Notes: generated by a model from the sequence alone, not told the origin. Shown: positions 1-10,338, counted from the first letter of the stretch. The stretch: DNA of 64,000 nt from an uncultured Lachnospiraceae bacterium (GCA_910578345.1 CAJTRA010000006.1:1382-65381), one strand, 5' to 3'. A program made the numbers and translations.

Positions 1-112
1 CATCTGTCACCTGAGTGACGGTATTGATGATACAACCGTTCATTTTCTTATCATGTTTTGTAGATACAACGTAGAGTCCATAAGATAGTTGAAAGAGTGC
101 TTTTGCATTCAT
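1..112 (-). CDS. Flavin reductase-like protein, N-terminal part (runs off window start)
   Basis: Not in the ORF track. Manual translation from ATG at 112 gives MNAKALFQLSYGLYVVSTKHDKKMNGCIINTVTQVTD, matching the flavin reductase / high-MW rubredoxin N-terminus (LSYGLYVV...NGCIINT). AAAGGA RBS upstream on the minus strand. Confidence 0.8.
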   Translation of the reverse strand, partial: MNAKALFQLSYGLYVVSTKHDKKMNGCIINTVTQVTD

Positions 113-352
113 AGTAATGGTGGATTCCTTTCAGTATTCGTTTATTCAATATACAATGTTATCAGGTGGCAGTCAAGTTTTCATGAAGTGGTTTAGGATA
201 GCAGGATACAGCAGCATATTGTGTTTCAGTGAAGATAAAGGTTAAATTATTACAACATTGCTTATACAGATATAGTATAAGAAAAATCTTCTAAACTATA
301 CTATAAAATACACAATTTAGTTTCAAAATCGAGGAAAGGGTAAGGCGGTCGA

Positions 353-1720
353 ATGAAGTTTGCAAATGCGGAAGAAAAAAGGATCTATATGACGCAGGAG
401 CCGGTGGAAAAGCTTGTCTGTACGCTTGCGGTGCCGACGATCCTCAGTATGATGATTACATCATTCTATAACATGGCGGATACTTTTTTCGTGGGAAAGC
501 TGAATACCCAGTCTACAGCGGCAGTGGGAGTTGTTTTTTCGCTTATGGCCGTCATACAGGCAATTGGTTTTCTGTTTGGACATGGTTCCGGCAATTATAT
601 TTCCAGGCAGTTAGGGGCAGGAAATATGGAAGAAGCAGAGAAGATGTCTGCCGTCGGATTTTTTACATCCTTTTTTGCCGGTGTTGTGATCCTGCTTGTG
701 TGTATGTGTCTGATTGAGCCTCTTTCCTATGCGCTTGGTTCTACGCCGACAGTACAGCCTTACACGGTAGCTTATATGCGCATTATCTTATTAGGGGCGC
801 CCGCCATGACGGCATCGTTGGTATTAAATAACCAGATGCGTTTTCAGGGAAGCGCTTTCTATGCGATGATTGGGATTGTATCCGGTGCAGTCGTGAATAT
901 TGTATTAGATCCTTTCTTTATTTTCATTTGCGGTATGGGCGTTGCGGGTGCGGCGCTTGCCACTACGATCAGCCAGTATTTAAGTTTTATCCTTTTGATT
1001 ATCATGGTGAAGAAAGGTGGGAATATCCAATTACGGTTCCGTAATTTTCAACCAAGTCTGCATTTCTACAAGGAGATCATACGCGGTGGAATTCCTGCGT
1101 TATTTCGACAGGGACTTGCCAGTGTGGCTACGATCTTTCTCAATCACGCGGCGGGGGTATACGGGGATGCGGCGATCGCCGGTATGTCTATCGTTTCCCG
1201 AATCATGATGTTTGCGAATTCTGCCCTGATTGGATTTGGGCAGGGATTCCAGCCTGTCTGTGGATTCAATTATGGCGCTGGAAAGAATGACAGAGTCTTG
1301 AAAGCGTATTGGTTTTGTGTGAAATCTTCTTTTGTTGTACTGTCTGTGATGGCGGTGGTTGTCTTCTTATTTGCGCCGCAGTTTGTAGCGATTTTTCAGA
1401 AGGAGGATGCGGATGTTATTAAAGTAGGAACGGCAGCCCTTCGATATTCAGTGATTTCTTTCCCGCTGAGCGCCTGGATCGTCATGTGCAATATGATGCT
1501 GCAGTCGATCGGCAAAGGTCTGAAAGCATCGATTGTAGCTTCTGCCAGACAGGGTATTTTCTTCCTGCCGTTGATCGCGATTCTGCCAAAACTTCTTGGA
1601 CTGACTGGAGTGGAAGCCTGCCAGGCGGTTTCGGATGTATTTGCGCTGACGATATCGATTCCGCTTGGTTTTAGCGTGATCCGTGAGATGAAAGCAGCAG
1701 ATGCAGAGAATCATCCATAA
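353..1720 (+). CDS. MATE family efflux transporter
   Basis: 455 aa, about 12 hydrophobic segments; motifs YNMADTFFVG, NIVLDPFFIF, GVAGAALAT, GFNYGA. Confidence 0.93.
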   Translation: MKFANAEEKRIYMTQEPVEKLVCTLAVPTILSMMITSFYNMADTFFVGKLNTQSTAAVGVVFSLMAVIQAIGFLFGHGSGNYISRQLGAGNMEEAEKMSAVGFFTSFFAGVVILLVCMCLIEPLSYALGSTPTVQPYTVAYMRIILLGAPAMTASLVLNNQMRFQGSAFYAMIGIVSGAVVNIVLDPFFIFICGMGVAGAALATTISQYLSFILLIIMVKKGGNIQLRFRNFQPSLHFYKEIIRGGIPALFRQGLASVATIFLNHAAGVYGDAAIAGMSIVSRIMMFANSALIGFGQGFQPVCGFNYGAGKNDRVLKAYWFCVKSSFVVLSVMAVVVFLFAPQFVAIFQKEDADVIKVGTAALRYSVISFPLSAWIVMCNMMLQSIGKGLKASIVASARQGIFFLPLIAILPKLLGLTGVEACQAVSDVFALTISIPLGFSVIREMKAADAENHP

Positions 1721-1925
1721 AGAGAAGACACAATTTTGATTGCCAAAATAGGTATCACAAAATATCTTATTTTATTCTATTTTTACAAAAATTTTAGAAT
1801 TAATTTATACAGAAGATTAGATATCCTGTATAAGTTTTCTTTTCTTTTTTTTCTTTTTTTGTGATCTCTGTCTCCTTTTTGTAAAAAGGGATTGTCCCAT
1901 GCTTTTTTACAGAATTTTTCAGTGA

Positions 1926-1954
1926 TTGACATTGTAAAAAAATGGATGTAGAAT
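1926..1954 (+). promoter_or_regulatory. Sigma-A-type promoter of amt-PII/purF
   Basis: TTGACA (1926-1931), 17 bp spacer, TAGAAT (1949-1954). Confidence 0.75.
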
Positions 1955-1966
1955 AAACGCGTATCA

Positions 1967-2108
1967 GGCAAAGGCGCTGTGGATCATTCCGCGGCGCTTT
2001 CTTTTTTTCTTTTTGAAAGAAATGCCGGAACAAAAAGTACATACGGAAAAGCAGGACAATGAGGTTTTGTGAAAAGTGGTAAAACCTTATTGTCCTTTTT
2101 TATTTTTA
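1967..2108 (+). promoter_or_regulatory. Attenuator leader: two tandem intrinsic terminators, each overlapped by an ANTAR-like hexaloop hairpin
   Basis: Terminator 1: AAGGCGCTGTGGA-TCAT-TCCGCGGCGCTTT plus T-tract (1971-2014). Terminator 2: GGACAATGAGGTTTT...AAAACCTTATTGTCC plus T-tract (2054-2108). Hairpins GGC-AAAGGC-GCT (1967-1978) and GAC-AATGAG-GTT (2055-2066) have A1/G4 loops. Confidence 0.65.
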
Positions 2109-2140
2109 TGCTTTTCCTATGAAAAAAGGAGGAGATTGTT

Positions 2141-3904
2141 ATGGATGAAATGATGAGTTTTGTCAACGAACAGGTTTTTGGAGTCTGGTTCCTGATCGGC
2201 GCGGCGTTAGTATTCTGGATGCAGGCCGGTTTCGCTATGGTGGAGGCCGGTTTCACGAGGGCGAAGAACTCAGGTAACATTATCATGAAGAACCTGATGG
2301 ATTTCTGTATCGGTACGGTCATGTGGTTCCTGATCGGTGCGTCCCTGATGCTTCCGTCTGCGGGCGGTGATATCATGGGAGTGATCGGTACGCCGGGATT
2401 CGGTGTCTTTACAGATTATGCAGAATTTAGTTATTCTGGATTTGTATTCAATCTGGTATTCTGTGCGACGACCGCAACAATCGTGTCCGGGTCTATGGCA
2501 GAAAGAACGAAATTCTCAACTTACTGTCTGTATTCCGCGATCATATCCGGTATCATCTATCCCATAGAAGCGCACTGGACATGGGGCGGAGGATTCCTGG
2601 TAAACATGGGATTTCACGATTATGCAGGTTCTAACTGTATCCACATGGTAGGCGGTATCTGTGCGCTGATTGGCGCGGCGATGTTAGGTCCCCGTATCGG
2701 TAAGTTTACCAGGGACAAAGATGGTAAAATCACGAAAGTCAATGCATTTCCGGGTTGTAACCTGGTGATCGGTTCTTTGGGCGTATTTATCCTGTGGCTT
2801 GGCTGGTATGGCTTCAACGGCGCGGCTGCAACGGATATTCCTACTCTGGGCAGTGTGTTCCTTACGACTACGGTAGCACCCGCAGTGGCAACGGTTGTCT
2901 GTATGATCTTTACCTGGATCAAGTATGGTAAACCGGATGTTTCTATGTGTCTGAATGCTTCTTTGGCAGGTCTGGTAGCGATCACAGCTCCTTGTGATGT
3001 GACGGATTGTGCGGGTGCGGCGATCATCGGCGCAGTTTCCGGTGTTCTGGTCGTATTTGGAGTCTGGTTTGTTGATAATGTACTGCATGTGGACGATCCG
3101 GTAGGCGCAGTTGCAGTGCATATGTTTAACGGTATCTGGGGAACGATCGCAGTAGGTCTTTTTGCTACAGCCTCTGCTCCTGGTTTTGAGCTGGCGGGCA
3201 TTCGCGAAGGTCTTTTCTACGGCGGCGGCCTTACACAGCTTGGTCTGCAGTTGATCGGTATGTTTATCACAGCGGCCTGGACGGTGGTGACGATCACGAT
3301 CGCATTCCTGATTTTGAAAAAGACAATCGGTCTTCGTGTCAGTGAGGAAGAAGAAATTGTCGGCCTGGATGCGATGGAACACGGTCTTGCATCTGCCTAC
3401 TCAGGATTCAGCATCATGGATGTATCGAATACAATGATGATGGCTGTCAATGAAAATACAGATCTTGGAAATGATGATTATGTGACGGCTTCTGATGCCA
3501 TGAAGAATGCTGCTGTTCCTGTCGTGAAACAGCCTCATATCTCTGCTACGGATATCTACAAGGTAGTAATCATTGCGAAATTGAGCCGGTATGATAAGCT
3601 CAGAAAGGCAATGAACGATCTGGGTGTGACTGGCATGACAGTGACGCAGGTTATGGGATGCGGCATCGAAAAGGGTTCTGGTGAGAAGTACCGTGGTGTT
3701 GAAGTAGATGCGACCCTGCTTCCGAAGGTAAAAGTAGAAGTCGTTGTAAGTTCTATTCCTGTGGATGATGTGATTGAGGCGGCTAAGAAAGTGCTTTATA
3801 CCGGCCGGATCGGTGATGGAAAGATCTTCGTGTATGATGTGGACCGTGTGGTCAAGATCAGGACAGGAGAAGAGAACCAGGCGGCATTGCAGGATGTTGA
3901 ATAG
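2141..3904 (+). CDS. amtB: Ammonium transporter (Amt) fused to a C-terminal P-II (GlnK/GlnB) domain
   Basis: Amt motifs MQAGFAMVEAG, SGSMAER, DYAGS..IH, LWLGWYGFN, DDPVGAVAVH. C-terminal P-II motifs YRG..LLPKVKVEVVV, TGRIGDGKIFV, IRTGE. AAGGAGG RBS. Confidence 0.93.
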   Translation: MDEMMSFVNEQVFGVWFLIGAALVFWMQAGFAMVEAGFTRAKNSGNIIMKNLMDFCIGTVMWFLIGASLMLPSAGGDIMGVIGTPGFGVFTDYAEFSYSGFVFNLVFCATTATIVSGSMAERTKFSTYCLYSAIISGIIYPIEAHWTWGGGFLVNMGFHDYAGSNCIHMVGGICALIGAAMLGPRIGKFTRDKDGKITKVNAFPGCNLVIGSLGVFILWLGWYGFNGAAATDIPTLGSVFLTTTVAPAVATVVCMIFTWIKYGKPDVSMCLNASLAGLVAITAPCDVTDCAGAAIIGAVSGVLVVFGVWFVDNVLHVDDPVGAVAVHMFNGIWGTIAVGLFATASAPGFELAGIREGLFYGGGLTQLGLQLIGMFITAAWTVVTITIAFLILKKTIGLRVSEEEEIVGLDAMEHGLASAYSGFSIMDVSNTMMMAVNENTDLGNDDYVTASDAMKNAAVPVVKQPHISATDIYKVVIIAKLSRYDKLRKAMNDLGVTGMTVTQVMGCGIEKGSGEKYRGVEVDATLLPKVKVEVVVSSIPVDDVIEAAKKVLYTGRIGDGKIFVYDVDRVVKIRTGEENQAALQDVE

Positions 3905-3982
3905 AAATTTAAGAAACTCTATGGCAGCGAAAAGGCTGCCTGGGGTTTCTTGGTATTTCAGAGAATTTTGGGAGGTATAGTA

Positions 3983-5401
3983 GTGGATTTACATGAAGAA
4001 TGTGGAATCTTCGGGGTGATTTCGCCAGACAGGGCCGATGTGGCCAGTCTGGCTTATTATGGTCTGTATGCATTGCAGCACCGGGGACAGGAGAGCTGTG
4101 GGATCGTGATCAACGACGACGGTGTGTTTTCTTCTCATAAGGATCTGGGGCTTGTCAGCGATGTATTTTCTTCCGGTACACTTTCCAGTCTTCCACAGGG
4201 AAATATGGCAGTGGGGCATGTCCGTTATGGAACGACAGGCGGCAATAACCGTAACAACTGCCAGCCAATCGAAGTCAATCATCAGAAGGGTAAGATGGCG
4301 CTTGCCCACAATGGCAATCTCAGCAATGCGGTAGAACTTCGTAATATGCTTGAATTGTCAGGAGCGATCTTTCATACTACCAGCGATACAGAAACAATCG
4401 CTTATATCGTGACAAGGCAGCGGCTGAAAACACGTTCGATCGAAGAAGCGCTGAGTGCGGCAATGAATACGTTAGACGGCGCTTATTCCCTGGTACTGAT
4501 GTCGTCGCAGAAACTGATCTGCGCCAGGGATCCTTATGGTTTTAGGCCCTTATGTTATGGTAAGACGCCGGATGGCATGTTTGTGGTCGCTTCCGAAAGC
4601 TGTGCCCTAAAGGCGATTGGCGCAGATTTTGTCCGCAATATAGAGCCGGGAGAGATTCTCGTATTTGGTCCAGACGGAATGGTTTCTCACAGGGAACATT
4701 GCGGAAAGAAGGATAAGAAGTTATGTATCTTTGAGTATATTTACTTTGCCAGACCGGATTCTGTCATCGATGGGGTATCGGTTCACGGAGCGCGTATCCA
4801 GGCAGGCCGGATTCTTGCAAAGAAGCATCCGGTATCTGCCGATATCGTGGTGGGTGTGCCGGATTCAGGTCTGGATGCAGCTCTGGGATTCAGCATGGAA
4901 TCGGGAATTCCCTACGGGATCGGGCTGATCAAAAACAAATATATTGGAAGAACTTTTATTTCTCCGGGGCAGAGTGTAAGACTGGATCAGGTAAAGATCA
5001 AGTTGAGCGCCGTTGAAGAAAGCGTCAAAGATAAGAAAGTCGTTCTGATCGATGATTCGATCGTGCGCGGTACGACAAGCGGCTGTATTGTCAAACTTCT
5101 GCGGGAGGCCGGTGCGAAAGAGATTCATATGCGGATTTCATCGCCTCCCTTTCTGCATCCCTGTTATTACGGAACAGACATTGATTCCGAGGAACACTTG
5201 ATTGCCTGCCATCATAACATAGAAGAGACAGCGCAGATCATTGGCGCAGATAGTTTAGGATATCTGCCAGTATCAGAGCTTTCTTCCTTGATCGGAAATT
5301 GTGGATACTGCAGTGCATGTTTCGATGGAAATTATCCTACGAAGGTGCCTGTCGATACAAGAAAAGACAGATTTGAACAGAAATTGTCAGAGAGAAAATG
5401 A
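3983..5401 (+). CDS. purF: Amidophosphoribosyltransferase
   Basis: EECGIFG Ntn nucleophile, LQHRGQES, GHVRY, AHNGN, PRPP loop VLIDDSIVRGTT, Fe-S cysteines (PCYYG, CSAC). Start set at GTG 3983 after GGAGG (ORF track gives 3950). Confidence 0.95.
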   Translation: MDLHEECGIFGVISPDRADVASLAYYGLYALQHRGQESCGIVINDDGVFSSHKDLGLVSDVFSSGTLSSLPQGNMAVGHVRYGTTGGNNRNNCQPIEVNHQKGKMALAHNGNLSNAVELRNMLELSGAIFHTTSDTETIAYIVTRQRLKTRSIEEALSAAMNTLDGAYSLVLMSSQKLICARDPYGFRPLCYGKTPDGMFVVASESCALKAIGADFVRNIEPGEILVFGPDGMVSHREHCGKKDKKLCIFEYIYFARPDSVIDGVSVHGARIQAGRILAKKHPVSADIVVGVPDSGLDAALGFSMESGIPYGIGLIKNKYIGRTFISPGQSVRLDQVKIKLSAVEESVKDKKVVLIDDSIVRGTTSGCIVKLLREAGAKEIHMRISSPPFLHPCYYGTDIDSEEHLIACHHNIEETAQIIGADSLGYLPVSELSSLIGNCGYCSACFDGNYPTKVPVDTRKDRFEQKLSERK

Positions 5402-5423
5402 GATGAAAATAGAAATTTTGGTA

Positions 5424-5452
5424 TTGACATCCAAAAAAGAAAGTGGTAATAT
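5424..5452 (+). promoter_or_regulatory. Sigma-A promoter of the trp operon
   Basis: TTGACA (5424-5429), 17 bp spacer, TAATAT (5447-5452) with an extended -10 TG. Confidence 0.75.
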
Positions 5453-5473
5453 ACAAAAAATTAAATAAATAAA

Positions 5474-5758
5474 ACCGTTGAAGCGGAGATAACGGCAATG
5501 ATGCCTGTACAGAGAACCCGTGGCGCTGAGAGTCGGGTGAGAAACAAGTTGTCAAATGGACCGCTGAGGGTGCAGTCAAATGCGCAGTGCGCAAAGTATT
5601 CTGCAACGTGTGGGCATACGTGAGTTGCCGGGAATATGTAGGTATTCTGCTAAGTGCACGGGGTCGTTTCCGTGAATTCAAGGTGGCACCGCGGATAGTG
5701 TTTGTATTGATTCGTCCTTGACAGAAAGTATTTTTCTGTCAGGGGCGTTTTTTTATTT
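5474..5758 (+). ncRNA. T-box riboswitch, Trp specifier
   Basis: AGAGA box (5511), GCTGAG distal loop (5525), specifier TGG (5557-5559), T-box AAGGTGGCACCGCG (5680-5693), terminator CGTCCTTGACAGAAAG...TTTCTGTCAGGGGCG plus T-tract (5713-5758). Lies directly upstream of trpE. Confidence 0.93.
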
Positions 5759-5786
5759 CAACGGATCAAAAGGAGGTTATGGTATC

Positions 5787-7253
5787 ATGAAATTTTCACC
5801 AGATTTAAAGGAAGTTAAACAGATTGCCAGGACAGGTGAGTATAAAGTACTTCCGGTCAGTTGTGAGATCCTGTCAGATATCTGTACACCGATCGAAGCG
5901 CTCAAAATATTAAAAAACGTGTCAACGCACTGTTATATGCTGGAGTCAGTCACGGAGAAGGAGAAATGGGGACGCTATACTTTCCTGGGATTTGATCCGA
6001 AGCTGGAAGTGACCTGTATCAACGGGGAGATGAAAATCGGTAATATTCAATTTCACACGGATGATCCTTCCATGTATCTGCGTCAGATCCTTGCAGACCA
6101 TAAGAGTCCGCGGTTTGATGGACTTCCCTCCTTTACAGGAGGATTGGTAGGATATTTCGCTTATGATTACCAGGGGTATCAGGAAAAGAGTGTCAGGATT
6201 GAAGTTGAAGATACAGAAGATTTCAAAGATGTGGATCTGATGCTTTTTGATAAAGTGATCGCGTTCGACCATTTCCGCCAGAAGATCATTTTGATTGTCA
6301 ATATGTCCTTAGAGGAGATTGAGTCCGGTTACAATAAAGCCATTATGGAACTAAAACAGTTATGTGATCTGCTCCGCAATGGTGAGAAGAAGCAAGAACC
6401 CGGCGGAAGGCTTCTCGGAGAAGTGACGCCGCTTTTTCAGAAAGAACAGTATTGCGAGATCGTCGAGAAAGCCAAATATCACATCCGGGAAGGAGATATC
6501 TTTCAGATCGTACCGTCTAATCGGTTGAGCGCTCCGTTTGAAGGAAGTCTGTTCAATACATACCGAATTCTGCGGACGATCAATCCGTCGCCGTATATGT
6601 TTTATTTTTCGGGAACAGATGTAGAGATCGCGGGAGCTTCACCGGAGACGCTTGTCAAATTGGAGAATGGAATACTGCATACCTTCCCGCTTGCAGGAAC
6701 CAGGCCAAGGGGGCGTACAGAAGCTGAGGATCAGGCATTAGAAAGAGAGCTTCTGGCAGATGAAAAGGAATTGGCAGAACATAATATGCTGGTGGATCTG
6801 GGCAGAAATGATCTGGGCAAGATCAGCAAATTTGGCACTGTTCAGGTGGAAAAGCTGCATTCGATCGAGAGATATTCCCACGTCATGCATATCGGTTCTA
6901 CGGTCAGGGGTGAAATCCGGGAGGAATATGACGCGCTTGATGCGATCGAGGCGGTGCTTCCGGCGGGAACACTTTCCGGCGCGCCGAAGATCCGTGCCTG
7001 TCAGTTGATCGGAGAGTTGGAGAATAATAAACGTGGTATTTATGGCGGAGCGATTGGCTACATTGATTTTACGGGAAACATGGACACTTGCATTGCGATC
7101 CGTATTGCCTATAAGAAAAACGGCAGGGTGTTCGTCAGAAGCGGAGGCGGCGTAGTGGCAGATTCCGTACCGGAAAAGGAATATGAGGAGACGATCAATA
7201 AGGCCAGAGCAGTCGTTAACGCTTTAAAACTTGCACAGGAGGTAGAGATATGA
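5787..7253 (+). CDS. trpE: Anthranilate synthase component I
   Basis: GDIFQIV, NPSPYM, SPETLV, PLAGTRPRG, EHNMLVDLGRND, PAGTLSGAPK. Start at ATG 5787 after AGGAGG. Confidence 0.96.
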   Translation: MKFSPDLKEVKQIARTGEYKVLPVSCEILSDICTPIEALKILKNVSTHCYMLESVTEKEKWGRYTFLGFDPKLEVTCINGEMKIGNIQFHTDDPSMYLRQILADHKSPRFDGLPSFTGGLVGYFAYDYQGYQEKSVRIEVEDTEDFKDVDLMLFDKVIAFDHFRQKIILIVNMSLEEIESGYNKAIMELKQLCDLLRNGEKKQEPGGRLLGEVTPLFQKEQYCEIVEKAKYHIREGDIFQIVPSNRLSAPFEGSLFNTYRILRTINPSPYMFYFSGTDVEIAGASPETLVKLENGILHTFPLAGTRPRGRTEAEDQALERELLADEKELAEHNMLVDLGRNDLGKISKFGTVQVEKLHSIERYSHVMHIGSTVRGEIREEYDALDAIEAVLPAGTLSGAPKIRACQLIGELENNKRGIYGGAIGYIDFTGNMDTCIAIRIAYKKNGRVFVRSGGGVVADSVPEKEYEETINKARAVVNALKLAQEVEI

Positions 7254-7813
7254 TCTTGTTGATCGATAATTATGACAGTTTCTCCTATAATCTTTATCAG
7301 TTGACTGGAGAGATCAATCCTGATCTTAAAGTGATCCGCAATGATGAGAAAACGGTTGAAGAGATCAGAGAGATGAATCCTGACCGGATCCTTCTTTCAC
7401 CCGGCCCTGGGAGGCCGGAAAATGCGGGAATTATGATCGATACAGTCAAAACTTTAGGAAAAGAAATTCCGATCCTTGGCGTCTGTCTGGGACATCAGGC
7501 AATCTGTGCGGCGTTCGGTGCCGAGATTACTTATGCGAAAGAACTGATGCATGGAAAGCAGTCGCAGGTCAGATTCGACAAAGAATGTCCCCTGTTTCGG
7601 AACTGTCCCGATGAAGCTCCTGTGGCCCGCTATCATTCTCTTGCGGCAAAGGCGGAAATGATGCCAAAAGAGCTTAAGATCACGGCTGTTACAGAGGATG
7701 GAGAGATCATGGCAGTGGAACACAGAGAATATCCGATCTTTGGAGTACAGTTTCATCCAGAATCCATTATGACGCCGGACGGAAAGACGATGCTTAATAA
7801 TTTCATAAAATAA
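7250..7813 (+). CDS. trpG: Anthranilate synthase component II (glutamine amidotransferase)
   Basis: [30 protein letters not shown]. Confidence 0.95.
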   Translation: MILLIDNYDSFSYNLYQLTGEINPDLKVIRNDEKTVEEIREMNPDRILLSPGPGRPENAGIMIDTVKTLGKEIPILGVCLGHQAICAAFGAEITYAKELMHGKQSQVRFDKECPLFRNCPDEAPVARYHSLAAKAEMMPKELKITAVTEDGEIMAVEHREYPIFGVQFHPESIMTPDGKTMLNNFIK

Positions 7814-7832
7814 TACAGTAAAGGAGCAGAGA

Positions 7833-8849
7833 ATGATCAGAGAAGCAATTGAAAAAATCGTAAACAAACAGGATCTCACTTATGATGAGGCGTACACAGT
7901 GATGAATGTGATCATGAGCGGGGAAACTTCACCGACCCAGAATGCCGCTTTCCTGGCGGCGCTCTCCACGAAAAGTGCAAGGGCAGAGACTAAGGATGAG
8001 ATTGCCGGATGTGCTGCCGCCATGAGAGATCATGCCGTTAAGGTTGAGACAGGCATGGAGATCATGGAGATCGTAGGAACCGGTGGGGATAACGCACACA
8101 GCTTTAATATTTCTACGACCACCGCTCTTGTATGTGCGGCGGGAGGCGTGAAGATTGCAAAACACGGTAATCGCGCGGCTTCTTCACAGTGTGGGACGGC
8201 AGATTGTCTTGAGGCTCTGGGAGTGAATATCCAGCAAAGCCCGGAAAAATGTATTGAACTGTTGCAAGAAGTGGGCATGTGTTTCTTCTTCGCCCAGAAA
8301 TACCATACTTCTATGAAATATGTAGGCGCGATCCGCAAAGAATTAGGGTTCCGCACAGTATTCAATATTCTTGGACCGCTGACGAATCCGGGTAGTCCCT
8401 CCTTACAGCTTCTCGGCGTGTATGACGAATATCTGGTAGAGCCGTTGGCGCAGGTGCTGATCAGTCTTGGCGTGAAAAGAGGGATGGTTGTGTATGGCCA
8501 GGATAAACTGGATGAGATTTCCTTGAGTTCACCGACGACAGTCTGCGAATTTCAGGATGGCTGGTTTAAATCATACGTAATTACACCAGAACAGTTTGGA
8601 TTTGCCTCTTGCACGAAAGAAGATCTGATTGGTGGTACGCCTGCACAGAATGCCGAGATTGTGCGCGGTATCTTACGCGGAAACAAAGGACATAAACGGA
8701 ATGCGGTGCTCATGAATGCCGGAGCGGCCCTCTATCTTGCCGGGAAAGCAGAGAGTATGGAAAGCGGAATCCGACTCGCTGGGGAATTGATCGATTCCGG
8801 TAAGGTGATGGAGACATTAGACCGGTTCATAGAAGTGAGTAACCGTTGA
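7833..8849 (+). CDS. trpD: Anthranilate phosphoribosyltransferase
   Basis: [29 protein letters not shown]. Confidence 0.96.
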   Translation: MIREAIEKIVNKQDLTYDEAYTVMNVIMSGETSPTQNAAFLAALSTKSARAETKDEIAGCAAAMRDHAVKVETGMEIMEIVGTGGDNAHSFNISTTTALVCAAGGVKIAKHGNRAASSQCGTADCLEALGVNIQQSPEKCIELLQEVGMCFFFAQKYHTSMKYVGAIRKELGFRTVFNILGPLTNPGSPSLQLLGVYDEYLVEPLAQVLISLGVKRGMVVYGQDKLDEISLSSPTTVCEFQDGWFKSYVITPEQFGFASCTKEDLIGGTPAQNAEIVRGILRGNKGHKRNAVLMNAGAALYLAGKAESMESGIRLAGELIDSGKVMETLDRFIEVSNR

Positions 8850-8866
8850 AGGAGATGGAGATCAAT

Positions 8867-9655
8867 ATGACGACGACAATATTAGACCAGCTTGCAGAAC
8901 ATGCAAGAGAGCGTGTGGAACAGGCGAAGAACCTGATCTCTTATGAAGAGATCAGAAAGAGAGCACAGTCACTTCCGAAGGGAAATTTTGCCTTTGAAGA
9001 TGCACTGAGAAAACCTGGCATTTCTTTTCTGTGCGAATGCAAAAAGGCATCCCCGTCTAAGGGACTGATCGCGCCGGATTTTCCGTATTTGCAGATTGCA
9101 AAGGAATATGAAGAGGCAGGAGCAGACGGTATTTCCGTCTTGACAGAACCAAAATGGTTTCTGGGCAGTGATGAGTATCTGAGAGAGATTGCCAGTGAAG
9201 TGAAGATCCCTTGCCTGCGGAAAGATTTTACGGTAGATCCCTATATGATCTATGAGGCGAAAATACTTGGCGCGTCCGCAGTACTTCTGATCTGTTCGAT
9301 CTTAAGGACAGAGCAGATCCGGGAAGCCATTAATATCTGTGATCTTCTTGGATTGTCGGCGCTTGTCGAGGCACATGAGGAAGAAGAAGTCAGAATGGCG
9401 ATAGATGCCGGGGCGCGCGTGATCGGTGTGAATAACCGTAACCTGAAAGATTTCTCTGTAGATACCGAAAACAGCCGCAGACTGCGTCGGCTGATACCGG
9501 ACGATGTCCTGTTTGTGTCAGAAAGCGGTGTCAGCAGTGCGGAAGATGTAAGGCAGCTTCAAGAAACAGGCGTGGACGCGGTATTGGTTGGAGAAGCGCT
9601 GATGCGGGCAGAGGATAGGCGCGCGAAACTAAAAGAATTCAGAATGGTGTTTTGA
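8867..9655 (+). CDS. trpC: Indole-3-glycerol phosphate synthase
   Basis: ECKKASPSKG, SVLTE, LRKDF, GVNNRNL, VSESG. Start uncertain (8846, 8855 or 8867). Confidence 0.95.
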   Translation: MTTTILDQLAEHARERVEQAKNLISYEEIRKRAQSLPKGNFAFEDALRKPGISFLCECKKASPSKGLIAPDFPYLQIAKEYEEAGADGISVLTEPKWFLGSDEYLREIASEVKIPCLRKDFTVDPYMIYEAKILGASAVLLICSILRTEQIREAINICDLLGLSALVEAHEEEEVRMAIDAGARVIGVNNRNLKDFSVDTENSRRLRRLIPDDVLFVSESGVSSAEDVRQLQETGVDAVLVGEALMRAEDRRAKLKEFRMVF

Positions 9656-9669
9656 GCGGGGATGTATCT

Positions 9670-10281
9670 ATGATCTTGAATAAACCAAAAGTGAAATTCT
9701 GTGGTATCACGAACTTTTGTGATATAGAGGCTGTCAACGCATTAAGACCGGAATATGTCGGTTTCGTCTTTGTGAAAAACAGCAGGCGGTATGTAGAAGA
9801 GGAGAAAGCGGTCGAATTGAGAAGATCATTACATCCGGATATCCAGGCAGTCGGGGTATTTGTCAGAGAAGATCCTGAAACAATCGCCAGATATGTGAGA
9901 GAGGGTATAATCGATATCGTTCAGCTTCACGGCGGGGAAGAAGAGGAAGAGATCAGGAAACTGCGCCTGCTGACAGACCGGCCGATTATCAAGGCTTTTT
10001 CTGTAGAAACAGAAGCTGATCTGAGAGAGGCGAATGCAAGCAGTGCGGATTATATTCTCCTGGATTCCGGCAAAGGCGGGACAGGAAAAGTGTTTGACTG
10101 GAACCTGATCGGAAAGATGGATCGTCCTTATTTTCTTGCCGGAGGACTTAACATTACGAATGCCGGAGAGGCCGTCCGTCGGCTCAAACCTTATGCCGTG
10201 GACGTCAGTTCAGGGATTGAGACGGATGGAAAGAAAGACAGAGGGAAAATGGAGGCGTTTCTGAGGGCTGTGGGTAGATGA
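9670..10281 (+). CDS. trpF: Phosphoribosylanthranilate isomerase
   Basis: KVKFCGIT, VQLHG, GGTGKVFDW, LAGGL, VDVSSGIE. Start 9652 or 9670. Confidence 0.94.
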   Translation: MILNKPKVKFCGITNFCDIEAVNALRPEYVGFVFVKNSRRYVEEEKAVELRRSLHPDIQAVGVFVREDPETIARYVREGIIDIVQLHGGEEEEEIRKLRLLTDRPIIKAFSVETEADLREANASSADYILLDSGKGGTGKVFDWNLIGKMDRPYFLAGGLNITNAGEAVRRLKPYAVDVSSGIETDGKKDRGKMEAFLRAVGR

Positions 10282-10338
10282 CAGGCAGAGGAGAAAGTTA
10301 ACGGATATGTGTTTTCAGGAAAAATAAGGAGGAGAGAA

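Noticed and set aside
5337..5681. 114-aa minus-strand ORF over the trp leader
   Set aside because: The region is explained by the promoter and T-box RNA.
5718..5786. Extended N-terminus of TrpE in the ORF track
   Set aside because: It runs through the T-box terminator; the AGGAGG RBS supports ATG 5787.
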